Source: Tubiluchus corallicola (lineage: Eukaryota > Animalia > Priapulida). From it: a stretch of 64,000 nucleotides of DNA. The stretch lies in assembly GCA_030141605.1 (NCBI GenBank), contig JAQGDQ010000189.1, forward strand, positions 186,001-250,000, written 5' to 3'. The notes below the pieces were generated by a model. It worked only from the letters and a program-made list of their open reading frames with translations, did no database searches and was not told the origin of the DNA. The stretch's first letter is position 1. Each line of letters starts with the position of its first letter. This document shows positions 49,237-62,000 of this stretch, in pieces. Both the position numbers and the translations under genes were made by a program.

Positions 49237-50913
49237 ATGTCGAGATATCTGCAAAGCATTCCCGTGCAGACCTGTGCGAGGCAGCTCCATGGTAGGACGT
49301 CCTCAATATCCATATATTCAATGTTGGGCAGTTTCACTAGCTGTGCTGCTGACAATCATGCATTTCAGGGGTATGACTTCGAAATGGCTCCTCCTTTCGT
49401 CTGCAAGTTTTCGAGAACAGATCCGCACGTTTTTGTACTTGCCAACGAGGAAGGTACAGTGCACCTGTACGACAGCAACCTTCCAGGTGAAGCTAGTTTA
49501 ATAAGGACGTGGTCTGCTCATTCGAATGCAGTGTTCGATGTATCATGGATGCCGGGCGAATCAAAGCTTGTCACAGCATCAGGAGATCAGAAATGCATCT
49601 TATGGGATGTTACCACTAATGCACTTCTGGCCACATTGAAAGGTCACGTGTGCAGCGTAAAATCTGTAGATTTTTGTCGCGACGACAGAAATGTTTTGGC
49701 AACCGGATCGAGAGACGGAAACGTCATGATCTGGGATCTGCGAGTGAATAACAGCGGTGGATTTCATCGAGCCATGAAAGTCATTGCGAATGCACACGTG
49801 ACCCAGGAACGTGATGTCAGATCTGCACAGAACTCTAAAAAACGAAAACGTACTGCCGAATTTAAACCACATAGCGTCACCTCGGTCGCTTTTCAAAACG
49901 ACCACATGTTGTACTCGTCCGGCGCAATTGATGCAACGATAAAAGGCTGGGACTTGCGGACAGGTTACTACACCCACTTTCCAAAGTACCTGTTTCCTTA
50001 TTGTGGTAGAGGTGATCGCAGACGTGGTTTCTCACACATCATGTTCAATTCCGGATATACGAAACTTGTCGCTAACTGCATGGATAACGTGATCTATGTT
50101 TACGACTGCATCACTTTTTCGAGTGAACCCATCGCAAGGTTTGCCGGCCATTTGAACTCTTCGTTTTACGTGAAGTCCGCATTATCTCCGGAAGATCAAT
50201 TTCTGGTAACCGGATCCGGAGACGGCAATGCGTACATTTATGATTTCTCCAGACCTCGTGCAGTTCCATACGTTTTACAAGGTCATGAAGCGGAAGTGAC
50301 TGGCGTCACCTGGTGTCCAACTGACATCACGAAAATGGTTACATGTGGAGATGACACAACGATGATGTGGCGTCTGTCTCGCCAGCCGCATTCGCACCTG
50401 GACCTTGCAGGAACGGCAAAGAAGAGCGAAATTCCTTCAGGACGAATCAGTTGGCAACCTCTAAACACCCACACTGAGCTGGAGAAAACACCTAAGAAAC
50501 CGGTTCCGAAAACTAGAGCAGCATCTGCCGTTTGTTCAAGTCCGTTAAAAGAGAACAGTGGCAACATTGCAAAAGCGAGTGAATGTGCCAAATTCGGCGA
50601 CAAAGTGTGTGAATACTCGCAATCTCCAACGGCCAATTTACCAAATTCAGTTCTAGATGGTATGGGAGCACCACACGCTCAAGCGCATGTCAGTGAGAAA
50701 AAATCGGCTGCACAAAACTGGTTGAGAACTCTAAGCTTGAAAAAGCAAAAGGAGAACGGTTGTGAGAAGCGAAGAGGAAACGTGACGCCCAAATCGATCA
50801 TTCCGTCACCAAGCTTCTCAAAGACGAAGCGAAGGAGACGTTCTACTACAAATTGCAAAACACTGTTATCCTATTTTAATGCTGACCAAAACTCAAAACC
50901 TAAAACAAGCTAG
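49237..50913 (+). CDS. DTL: Denticleless/Cdt2 WD40 CRL4 substrate receptor, copy 1 (558 aa, intronless CDS)
   Basis: PPFVCKFS, LANEEG, AHSNAVFDVSW, TASGDQ, GHVCSVKSV, TGSRDGNVMIWDLR, HSVTSV, IKGWDLR, GHLNSSFYVK, GHEAEVT, SPTANLPNSVLDG, NWL, and C-terminal PIP-like KTLLSYF. Confidence 0.95.
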   Translation: MSRYLQSIPVQTCARQLHGRTSSISIYSMLGSFTSCAADNHAFQGYDFEMAPPFVCKFSRTDPHVFVLANEEGTVHLYDSNLPGEASLIRTWSAHSNAVFDVSWMPGESKLVTASGDQKCILWDVTTNALLATLKGHVCSVKSVDFCRDDRNVLATGSRDGNVMIWDLRVNNSGGFHRAMKVIANAHVTQERDVRSAQNSKKRKRTAEFKPHSVTSVAFQNDHMLYSSGAIDATIKGWDLRTGYYTHFPKYLFPYCGRGDRRRGFSHIMFNSGYTKLVANCMDNVIYVYDCITFSSEPIARFAGHLNSSFYVKSALSPEDQFLVTGSGDGNAYIYDFSRPRAVPYVLQGHEAEVTGVTWCPTDITKMVTCGDDTTMMWRLSRQPHSHLDLAGTAKKSEIPSGRISWQPLNTHTELEKTPKKPVPKTRAASAVCSSPLKENSGNIAKASECAKFGDKVCEYSQSPTANLPNSVLDGMGAPHAQAHVSEKKSAAQNWLRTLSLKKQKENGCEKRRGNVTPKSIIPSPSFSKTKRRRRSTTNCKTLLSYFNADQNSKPKTS

Positions 50914-52527
50914 TGAGCATTTTATAACATTTCAAAAACTATTTATTTTCTTAAAACTCGTTTGCGTGACTCACTCAGTGTTTTCACGGTCTTGTTGTGT
51001 GTATGGCCAGTTGCTGTAGATCAGAGGTTAAGTGTACCACAGCAATGCATCTTAAGTACAATCGTCACATGAGTTGTGGGTATAGCAAAGCCTTCTGCCG
51101 CATTAGTTCGGAAACTAACGTAACATGGAGTTTACTTAGTTATACATTAGTCTGTAGGTAAAGTGATTTACTAGCAGGATGTTGCTTAGCAGTAAGAAAA
51201 AATGAACTAAGTTAGGTTCTAGCTAGCTGTTAAAACTGTTATTATTAAAATAGGATGGGCTGCGATCCGTTATCAAGTGTACAGAAATGGGTTGTCTGGT
51301 ACACTTAACCTTTTCCCGATCATCGTCAATCGCTGGAACTGTGAAAATACTTACTGTGCAGGTTTTAAAAGTGCAAAGTAACTGTTTAGGTTTGTTTTAC
51401 TATTTTGTGAAAAGAGACGTGGATCAAAACGAATAATCTTGCTCAGAACTTTTCCTCTATAGGACGTTCACTTATCCCACTTTGGCTTTAAAATTACTCA
51501 ATATCCCTCTACTGTGACTTTTAATTTAGATTATAAATTAAGGTTTATCTTCATTGATACAAAATTTAAAGCAAAAAACACAAAAGTCCAACAGTCATTT
51601 GATGACGAATTTATTAATTAGGGTACAAGTTACACAAATTTTATTTGTGTTAATCATTTGTGCACTTAGCCAAGTCGCATCCTATTTACATTTCGTTTCT
51701 ATTTTTACGAATTCAGTTATAAAAAATCTTATCCAATTTCTATAGCCACTGTATAAGTTTCCACACGTACATAGGTTTTAACAATAATTAGGAACACAAG
51801 ATGTTCTACTTTTTTCAAAGTTACGTTTCATTAAGTTTTGTTTCTTCATTTTCTCAGTTTACCTAAATATACAGCATCCGTTTATAGTTCACAGACAAAT
51901 ATACACCATCTTGAGGCAAGTTAAATAAAAACTTACGCACCACATAGCTTGACCATCATAGCAATAATTTATAAACGCGTATAATACAGGTCTCTATAAT
52001 ACAAACAATGATAACATTCACTACAGTGAGCATGTACATAATAAACATGTAATCAGTCACATTTGTTTTCTAAGCAAAAAAACGTTGAAATAAATGAAAA
52101 AGAAACACGAGGAAATAAAGGAGAATAAATAAGATTTAGCAAATGTTCATTGTGTGACATACTAACAGAACAAATCGACTCTCGTTTGCAGGAGGTACTG
52201 TGAAAATTTACTAACCAAATACAAAAGAATTAATGAAACTATTAAAAAATCGCCAGGGAATCAGTCACAATTAACCCCCCGCCTCCCAAAATGAAAGGTC
52301 AGTACAACTTCAGTTTATCAGCAAAATTTTCTAAAACTGAATGAATTTCTAAAAATGAAAGACGATTGATGCAAAAATCGCACTAGATAATAATGGTCGG
52401 CCACAAAATTCCAGCAGGACGCAGCAGTTGGTCTACTATTGCAAAAGCCAAAAAAGCGAGGGTTAACAATGAACGTGGTACGCTGTCTGCTACGTCAAAT
52501 AAAATAACGATAATAATTAAATTAATC

Positions 52528-55127
52528 TTATAAATCCGTCTTGTAGCCTTCCTTTGTCAGTTTCATTCCCAAAGTTTTCGGACTGGTGAAGATGTTGTTC
52601 GATTTAATCTCATTTGTTTCGTTGTACGCCTTGTGCCACATCAAGTTCCTCTTTTCCACGGAGTCTCCCTGCTCCATTGCCTTCCTTCCGCTGATCATCA
52701 TCAGGCCGCAGGAGGAAACGGTAACGGCTAACGCCCACCACATGCACTTTATTCTGGCCCTGTCTCTGGCAGTTTGCATTACTTTGAACCTAAAGAAACA
52801 AAAAAATATTGTTCCACCTTGATCAACATCATGAAAATAAAATTTCTATCACAAAGTAAACGACCAAAAATATCACTGCGGTTAGAGTTAAAGGAAGACA
52901 GGATGATTTTTCATATACTACCTCATTTTGAAGTAAGATAAAAACTACACATTTTAACACAATTAATACTGCAAAAGTGTTTCTCATAATTGAATAATAG
53001 ATTAAAATCCTTATTAACGACGGACGAGCCCATCTACTGACGACATCACAAACGAACATAGTTTTCAACAAGAAAAATATTCCATGGGCGTGTGTTGCAC
53101 ATGTTTGCGAAAGAGAAAATTGAAGTTCTGCACTACTGTAAGAGATTCAGTGTGTTGTACTAAAATTCGGTAAGAATTAAGGTAAAAATTCAAATTTGTA
53201 ATTTACCGCTGTGTTCACATATGAGCTGTCGAACATGTGCAACATGTCACAAATGAACACCTCTGAATTGAGAGGTACAACACCCGTTTTTTTGTGTGCA
53301 ACACTTCCAAAATGCTGGCATTAGTGCTCATCTCAGTAGCGAATGGCGAAGAACTGGTGGCATTTGTAATAATTCTTTCACGTAAGTCATTTTTGGCAGA
53401 ATTGATGTTGCCTTTCGATATTTTAAAGAGTAGATTATTTTGACTTACAGTTTAAGATTGGGGCCAGTTTTGTTTTAATACAGTGGCTTCAAATAGATCA
53501 GTAATGTAATTTGTTTTTGTAAATAATGTTATAAAGCATCAAAGCTAATACTTTGGGTATTCAGAAGTCATACAAAAAATTATAAGAATAATTAAAAATG
53601 AGAGTTTTGAAATTACAAGAGAAAACTTGCATTTTTATTCATTAGTTCAATTAATTTCCACAAGCGTGTATTACAGTATCATAAATAACTGTTCTTAATC
53701 ATGATATTGTCTGTTCTCAAACCGCTAAAAAATGTCTAAATGAACAACTAAAACTGGAAATTTCAGGACGGAGTGGAAAACTTTATCCCTCAAAATATTT
53801 CAGTCGAACAAACTCGTGCCGACAATTAGGTTCACAGCGTTTCAGTTAAAATCAATAGATGAATTGAACCAGCTTGAAGCAAGCATGCTCAAACGGCAGT
53901 ACTGCGCATGCGCACAAGAAGCAGTAAAACACGCATTCAACATTTCTCGGCTTTCAGCTTCCTCTAAAGTGGCTGCTGGCAAATTTTTTGCAGCTTACAG
54001 CAGTCAGATTAAAATATAACAAAGTCTTAAGGCAATAATTTACAATAGTTATAATCCGTGTTGTATAAATTTGTAATCTAGGATCACGTACTTGTGCAAT
54101 ACATGAAGGACTGCAATCTGCACTTTGTTTTAAATACCAAATTAAACTCACCTAATTGTGTTTGGTACTTCCTCCATTGAGGCATATCGTTTTACCCAAA
54201 CCAACAACCTCTTATCGAATTTTGACGGGCTGTGTACGTGCGCCATCTCTGTCAATAAAAAATAGTATCAATTGCTATGAAGCTATTTATGTCAAACACA
54301 AAAAAATCAGTAATTACTACGTACAATAGTTTGCATAAATATGCGCGTGAATTAGTTGTTCAATGTTGTCCAGTTGTTCCGTGAAAAAATACAACTTTAT
54401 ATTAAAGCAAAGTTGAGAAATCTAGTATGTTGTAGCGTTATTACCCGTACATTGCTAGGCATCATTAGTAATTACAACACTGGATTAAAATTTACAAAAA
54501 TTTTAAAGTTTTTAATGCCAATAGAGATGGTGAGACCTCACTATATTAAGATAACGTGTTATTGCGTGTTATAGACATACACACACATATATATAGACAT
54601 GTACATTTGTATTACACATAATATACATGTACAGGAAAACTGTCGCTCGTGCATTCCAACATCATCATGACCATTACGGTATTGCAGACATTGAGCAGGC
54701 CGAACTCTAAACTAAATCTGCCCTCAAGACATGTAAATTAACGGCAAAGAAAACGTCACACCGCGATGCCAGTTCACAGAATAGCAAAAAGCAAATTAAA
54801 TTCAACTATATAAATTTAATATGATTTGAAATAAAGCTCAAAAAGGAATCTAGCTGCGTCGAAATAATTCAGTAGGAATACCTAGAGAAAAACAAAGCTG
54901 TTCTAATAAACTGGTTCATTTAAAACAAAATACAAAAAAGATTTTTGCATAATAATGCGATCCGGATGTCTGGTAAACGCCGTTTACACAGTAACAGCGA
55001 ACTATGATGATTAACCCAATTTTGAAATTATATTTTCCAATTTCTTACCTGTTTGTACAGCAGCCGACGTTCTAATGGTTCTCTGACAAAGACGAAACAA
55101 CGATTGTACTCCCTTTGTGCTACTCAT
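52528..55127 (-). CDS. FAM162A: FAM162-family mitochondrial membrane protein (UPF0389), 145 aa
   Basis: Exons (-): 55049-55127 (MSSTKGVQSLFRLCQRTIRTSAAVQT, presequence-like); 54152-54248 (HSPSKFDKRLLVWVKRYASMEEVPNTI); 52528-52789 (MQTARDRARIK, TM segment, SGRKAMEQGDSVEKRNLMWH). GT-AG, phases consistent. Confidence 0.88.
52888..53490. mobile_element. Kolobok-like non-autonomous element in a FAM162 intron
   Basis: TTAAAGGAAGACAG start; homology to 1282-1860 and 12120-12742. Confidence 0.7.
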
Positions 55128-55299
55128 CGTGAAATTTATAGTTACGTCAGTAAGATTCGAAAGTTTTAATTTTTTTGATTCACGCAAAGCTGAACAAATT
55201 CGAAAGTTTTAATTTTTATGATTCACGCAAAGCTGAACAACTCAAAGGTCAGACAGCTGCTGTCTGTGAGTTCAGGCTGTACCAGTACGGGCTTATGAA

Positions 55300-55430
55300 C
55301 ATCACAGATCACGTGACCACTGACGTCATACGTTCCTATGCCGCCAGACAAGCGATATGAGCAGAATCAGGAGGACAAATTCTGCAGGACAAATTCAGCC
55401 GTAGAGTCTCCAATGAGCAATGGCCGCTTC
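55300..55430 (-). promoter_or_regulatory. Putative FAM162 promoter motifs
   Basis: ATCACGTGAC E-box, TGACGTCA CRE and AATGGCCGC (YY1-like), 180-300 nt upstream of the ATG. Confidence 0.5.
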
Positions 55431-56917
55431 GTTTAATCGGTTGAAGGGTCATTTCTTGTCCATTTTACTCATTTAGTCAACACACCACGCTTACAACAAT
55501 AACCAAAGCAAACAAACGAATAACGCTGATGTCTCCAAAGTCCAAAGCAACTAGATTTTCCTGGCACCAAAAGAAAAGAGACACCTAATTTTCTGCACCT
55601 ATGCTCAAGCGAGTCATATAGTCGCTATTTGGTATTTTATTGTAATAAAATAAGCAATGGAGGTGTATGCAACACAAATTTAAAAATCCTAAATTTTTAA
55701 TCCTATTAGAACAATTCTAATTCTTGTACAATATAGCTTACAAATTTACTTTGATTTTACTTTGATTTAATTTGTTTTGAGAACTTAAAAATAAACAAAA
55801 TTTTTAAACATTCTGTTCCATACAGTTTTTAGTATTCATATGTAAATGTAAAATTAATTTAAAGCTGTGGGCTGAAATCAATTTTTTTCATAAAGAGAAT
55901 GTAACTTTAGCTCTTTTACCGTACATAGTTCTACTGTTTGAAGTTATAGCTATATATATATATATATATATTATTATATTATATTACAATATATTCTCTA
56001 TATAGAGCCACAGGCTCACAGCTGTCAAGTTTCAGATTAAGCTGTAATTTATTATAACATATGTCAGAAATGACCCGATTTCAACAATCCATAACATGAA
56101 AAAATGACACTGACATAATTTCCTTTTCAATAGATGGTTTAGAAGGCAACAACTGTTTATTATACACATATAATCGCAAATCGTGTGTAATACGTCAGAA
56201 ACTAACACATCTGAACTGAGAAGTACAGCGCCTGTATTTTTACCTATATTTTTGCAAACTGACTGTAGACCATAGCCTTAGAAACACACATTTGCAGCTG
56301 GTATAGCCACTATAATAAACACCTTAAAGAAACTAGGATCACTGAGTAATTTTATTTTGCTTTTCGCCTGTTTCAGAATTCCAGTTAACTGTCACAACAC
56401 AAAATATGCAGGGCTTATAACTTATACCTGAAAAAGAGTATAAGAACTCAGATTTTGAACTGCAAAAAAGGTCGCTATGCAAGGGTATAAAAATACATCA
56501 AAATGTGGAATTATATAAACAAATTTTGCAGTAAACACAATAAGTATCACAATATAATTCTAAATGGTTTATCACAGAGAAAAGTTGGCACTGTCTGTGT
56601 TACATAAATAAACAATAAATTTGCAGAATACAAAACTAAATATGTATCACAGCACATAAGTAATAAGTATAAACAAAAAAAGTATCTTTATAAAATTACA
56701 GTTTATGTATAAACTTGTATAAACTTTCCACAAAAATATTATAAAAACTAGAGTATCCTAAAAATACAAAATCCAGCCAAAATAGATCTTTGGTTCAATC
56801 TCACAGTGAACAAAGATGAAGAGAAAAATAAATAAAGATATTCGAATGAAAACCGAATTCGTTTAGTAAATGTTTTTTTATGAAAAAAACATTAAACAAT
56901 TATCATTCACTAAACTG

Positions 56918-57131
56918 TTATTTAGATTTTGATTTCTGTTCAGCTGCTTTTGCGGCTTCATTAAATTTCCTATGCCATTCTTTGTTACGCCTCTCCACCG
57001 AGTCGCCTCTCTTTTTCAGAGTCTTCCCTACCATAATCCCACCCGTTACGAAGAGGAGGATAGTTGCCGGGATGGAGTACGCCATGGTCTTAGCTCGTGC
57101 CTTGTCTCTTGCCTTTACCATTGTGATGACT
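56918..57131 (-). CDS. Second FAM162-like terminal exon (paralogue; 5' exons not identified)
   Basis: MVKARDKARAK, TM segment, VGKTLKKRGDSVERRNKEWH. The acceptor is in the same phase and position as the last exon of the adjacent FAM162. Confidence 0.75.
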
Positions 57132-57362
57132 CTAAAAATCATCGTAAATACCGCAAATTAAGTAGTATGGACAATTCGTGTTCGTGTCACCTAGAACTCA
57201 CGGTTTTAAATTTGAAGCCAACTGGAGAAAAACTTTGGAAACGTGCAGACACAAACAGATCAATAGCAGTAAAGGAAAGCTGTGTTAAATAATGATTTTG
57301 ATTAAATTGGTGATTAAATTAATAATTCAAGATTAAATGCTTGACGATGCAAGATTAAACTA

Positions 57363-57672
57363 TCGTCGTGGATAGAAGCCTAGTTAGGTGTGGCATCACG
57401 TGACCAGCCGATGTTCGACCGGCTGGCTCAGAAGTAAAAATTGATGATGTAATCCTTATGTGCAGAAGCTCACGGCGCATTAGGTAGTTAGACAAAAGTG
57501 TTTTGAGGCCCGCACCTCGGGAGAGATTAGGAACTGACTTGAAGACCGAGGGCTGGCATTACTATCCTCTTATATTTACCGTGTTGTGTTTGTTGTTTAA
57601 TAAATGTGTAGTTTATTAAATAAAGTCTTGATAGTTTGCCATGCCCATCGTGGCTACCTCACACGCCACACA
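57363..57672 (+). mobile_element. Possible solo LTR
   Basis: GC-richer ~310-bp block ending CCACACA, with two AATAAA signals; the 5' terminus and TSD are unclear. Confidence 0.35.
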
Positions 57673-58271
57673 ATAAACAACAATAATGAGCAAGCAGCAT
57701 TAACCACAAGAATAAACAAACTTTAATCAAATTATTTTACTATAGCATCATCATTTCGGAAACACTTTAGACCATAACTCAGGAAAATTTAAGCCTCGCC
57801 AACTCACGGAATACCCAGATAGAGATCAGACTTTGTCTTCGTTGAAAAAAATACAATCGAAGGATGAAGACACTTTATCAAAATTACGTCACCATTAATT
57901 TTCATTAACTTTCATATGCAGTATATCACTAATTTATTATTTTTACTAAATTACCATACCTGTTGGATAAACATTCGTTATTTTTCACTGAGTGCCAGAC
58001 GTTAGTTGGGGGGGGGGGGGGCATACTGAATAGAAAAGTAAAAAATAACTTCATGTAATGTAATCGGTTTTGTACTGGAAAAAACTGAAGATGTAATTTT
58101 TAATGTTAGGAAAAGTCGACAGTAAATTAATCAATTTAAACAGGTAAGTAACTTCAAAACGGTAAGCGAAGTAAGCACAAATCGGCCATACTACTGTCAA
58201 TGTTCAGTGGAGCAAAGCTGGTATTGTAAGAAAGCTTTAAGAAAGGACTAAACAGCTTTTGTAATTCTCTA

Positions 58272-58673
58272 TATTTAACCAATCACGACACGGTAAATTC
58301 AAAATGGCGTCTTCTAAACTTTTTCTATTCATGTCACGTGTTTTCAGATTATGATAATTCCCTCCATTTAACCAATCACGACATGGTAAATTCAAAATGG
58401 CGGCTTCTAAACTTTTTCTATTCATGCCACATGTTTTCAGATTATGATAATTCCCTCCATTTAACCAATCACGACACGGTAAACTCAAAATGGCTGCGTT
58501 TAAATTTTTTCTGTTCATGTCACGTGTTTTCAGATTATGATAAATCCTTCCATTTAACCAATCACGACACGGTAAACTCAAAATGGCTGCGTTTAAACTT
58601 TTTCTGTTCATGTCACGTGTTTTCAGATTATGATAATTCCCTCCATTTAACCAATCACGACACGGTAAACTCA
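58272..58673. repeat. 93-bp minisatellite built of promoter motifs (CCAAT, YY1, E-box)
   Basis: About 4.3 units, each AACCAATCAC...CAAAATGGCG/CT...GTCACGTG. Confidence 0.93.
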
Positions 58674-59090
58674 ATATGAGTATATTATAACTGTTAAAAC
58701 CGTTGTTATTAAAATAGGATGCGATGCGAGACGTTATCAAGTGTACACAAATGCGTTGTGCAGTTAACCTTTGACGTTTTAACGATCATGGTCAATTGCT
58801 GGAACTGTGAAAAGACTTACTGTGCAGGTTTTAAAGTCCAAGTCGTTTTTAAGTGCAAAGTAACCGTTTAGGTTTGTTTTACTTTTTTACTATTTTGTGC
58901 TAAGAGATGTGGATCAAAACGAATAATAAACGAGAAAACATCAGATACAAACGACTGTATTAAAGTCTCAATTGATTATTATTATTATCACTAGTGGACC
59001 TCACACCCGAACTTTGGACCGAATCGGTTTAACTAACCTTGTGTCGTAATTTTTCGATTTTGCATGGTCTTCTCGCGGACGCGTTCTCAA

Positions 59091-62000
59091 TTACCTTTGC
59101 ACTGTGCATTTTTAAAACAACGGAGGGTGTAGTAAGTTACATTTTTCAGGAAAAAAATTGTGTTCATGTTATTACGTATTATCTGGCTTGTCACTAAATG
59201 GGATTAGTTTTTGTAGGCTGAGGCAAATCGCGTCATCCCAGCATTTATTATAATTGCATCTGTCTTCTCAGTGCTCCATATCAAATGTGCTGTTTTGTTA
59301 TTTTTTGTTTTATTTATTTTTTGAAATTCGGACTAATAAATAAGGACTAGGAAACATTTTATTCTATTCTGTTCGCATGGAACTAACAAAATATTGGCTA
59401 ATAGTAATAGTAAAATGTAAAGGTGCTACTTTGCAGGTACAGGTAATAACATACAAACGACCTAGCAGTTGTATTTTGTCCGTAGCTTTTCCCAATATAA
59501 TTATTTTGTTGATGTTTTTATATATTGTTTCCCCGCCTATATTGATTCATATTGTTACCATTATTTTCAATATTTCTTCTTTTTATCATTTTTGCCTTTA
59601 TTGTTACCTCTTTTACACCAACTTACTATGTACATTGTTATTTTTTTTGTAGATTTTGTTGTAAATTTATAGGAACTCTACTTTAAAAAATAAGTTGCTC
59701 CTTCGCGACCGTAAGCGTCTGGTGCATTTTGTATGGCTTCATAAAAAACTTGGTCTCATTAAGCAGCTGTTTCATTATAATTGATAATTTTCGTAAGTTT
59801 CCGCTCCTCAAACAATGGGGTTTCCTGCAAAATTATAAATGAAATGCATTTGCCTACTTTAGGCAGATAAAAAATCGGTCTAACACGAAAACATTAAAAC
59901 GTAACTGCAGTGTTTTGCCCTGTAACAATGTACAGTATCACTTGTCTGGAATCAGCCAATGTAGAAAATTTCAACTATCCAGGCACAATACTCTGATACA
60001 TGTTGGCCTCAAGTCTAGTCTATTTTTAAGGAGAAATTCCTGTTAAAAGATGAAACAACCTTACTTTCTCTTTGGCTGATTGGTTGAGTTTTTGTAGAAT
60101 AGCAGCCGACTTGGGCTGTACCAAGCAGGCGATCAATAAAATGGTGCCATGATCACGGAAGTTTGCACCAGACTAGCTGCTCGATAGGCTAAGTTAGAGT
60201 GCCTGAAAGAAAGGGCGTTTTTCTTGTTTTTTTCCAATTAAATCACTTGTAAATGTTTAAACAATAGCATAGTCGGATACCCTGAATAAAACAGTACCTA
60301 ATTTGTAATCATTTAGTTATGTCTGTACTCATACAGCATCAAAAATGTCATAGGTCTTACAAGACCTATTTTGAATGGTGCGGTCCTGAAGGATTTGGTC
60401 TTTAATTATTTTGACTGATGCTTTAGTTAATGTCTTCCATTTATAAAATAATGATTCAAAATTTATTTTAGTTTTTTAGCTCATTAAGTGGGATAGTCCC
60501 ATTTGCCAGCAACAAACTCTAAAGCAGACTCATAAAAAATGTCGAGATATCTGCAAAGCATTCCCATGCAGACCTGTGCCAGGCAGCTCCATGGTAGGAC
60601 GTCCTCAATATCCATATATTCAATGTTGAGCAGTTTCACTAGCTGTGCTGCGGACAATCTTGCATTTCAGGGGTATGACTTCAAAAAGGCTCCCCCTTCT
60701 GTCTGCAAGTTTTCGAGAACAGATCCACACGTTTTTGTACTTGCCAACGAGGAAGGTACAGTGCACCTGTACGACAGCAACCTTCCAGGTGAAGCTAGTT
60801 TAATAAGGACGTGGTCTGCTCATTCAAATGCAGTGTTCCACGTATCGTGGATGCCAGGTGAATCAAAGCTTGTCACGGTGTCTGGAGATCAGAAATGCAT
60901 CTTATGGGATGTTACCACTAATGCACTTTTGGCCACATTGAAAGGTCACAAGCGCAGCGTAAAATCTGTGGATTTTTGTCGCGACGACAGAAACGTTTTG
61001 GCAACCGGATCGAGAGACGGAAACGTCATGGTCTGGGATCTGCGAATGAATAACAGAAGTGGATTTCATCGAGCCATGAAGGTCATCGCGAATGCACATG
61101 TGACCCAGGAACGTGATGTCAGATCTAAACCACGAAGTGTCACCTCGGTCGCTTTTCAAAGCGACCACATGTTGTACTCGTCCGGCGCAACTGATGCAAC
61201 AATAAAAGGCTGGGACTTGCGGACTAGTTGCTACACCCACTTTCCAAAGTACCTGTTTCCTTATTGTGGTAGAGGTGATCGCAGACGTGGTTTCTCGCAC
61301 ATCATGTTCGATACTGGATATACGAAACTTGTCGCTAACTGCATGGATAACGTCATCTACGTTTACGACTGCATCACTTTTTCGAGCGAACCCATCGCGA
61401 GTTTTGCCGGCCATTTGAACTCTTCTTTTTACGTGAAGTCGACATTATCTCCGGAAGATCAGTTTCTGGTAACCGGATCCGGAGACGGCAATGCGTACAT
61501 TTATGATTTCTCCAGACCTCGTGCAGTTCCGTACGTTTTACAAGGTCATGCAGCGGAAGTGACTGACGTCACCTGGTGTCCAACTGACATCACGAAAGTG
61601 GTTACCTGCGGAGATGACACAACGATGATGTGGCGTCTGTCTCGCCAGCCGCATTCGTACCTGGACCATGCAGGAACGGCAAAGAAGAGTGAAATTCCTT
61701 CAGGACGAATGAGTTGGCAACCTCTAAACACCTACACTGAGCTGGAGAAAACACCTAAGAAACAGGTTCTGAAACCTAGCACAGCATCTGCCGTTTGTTC
61801 AAGTCCATTAAAAGAGAACAGTTGCAATATTGCAAAAGCGAGTGAATCTGTCAAATTCGACGACAAAGTGTGTGAATACTCGCAATCTCCAACGGCCAAT
61901 TTACCAAATTCAGTTCTAGATGGTGTGAGAACTCTTAGCTCGAAAAAGCAAAAGGAGAATGGTTGTGAGAAGGAAAGAGGAAACGTCACGCCCGAATCGA

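Noticed and set aside
58237-58740. 167-aa repetitive ORF (LPCRDWLNGG repeats)
   Set aside because: Translation of the 93-bp tandem repeat; no domain similarity recognised.
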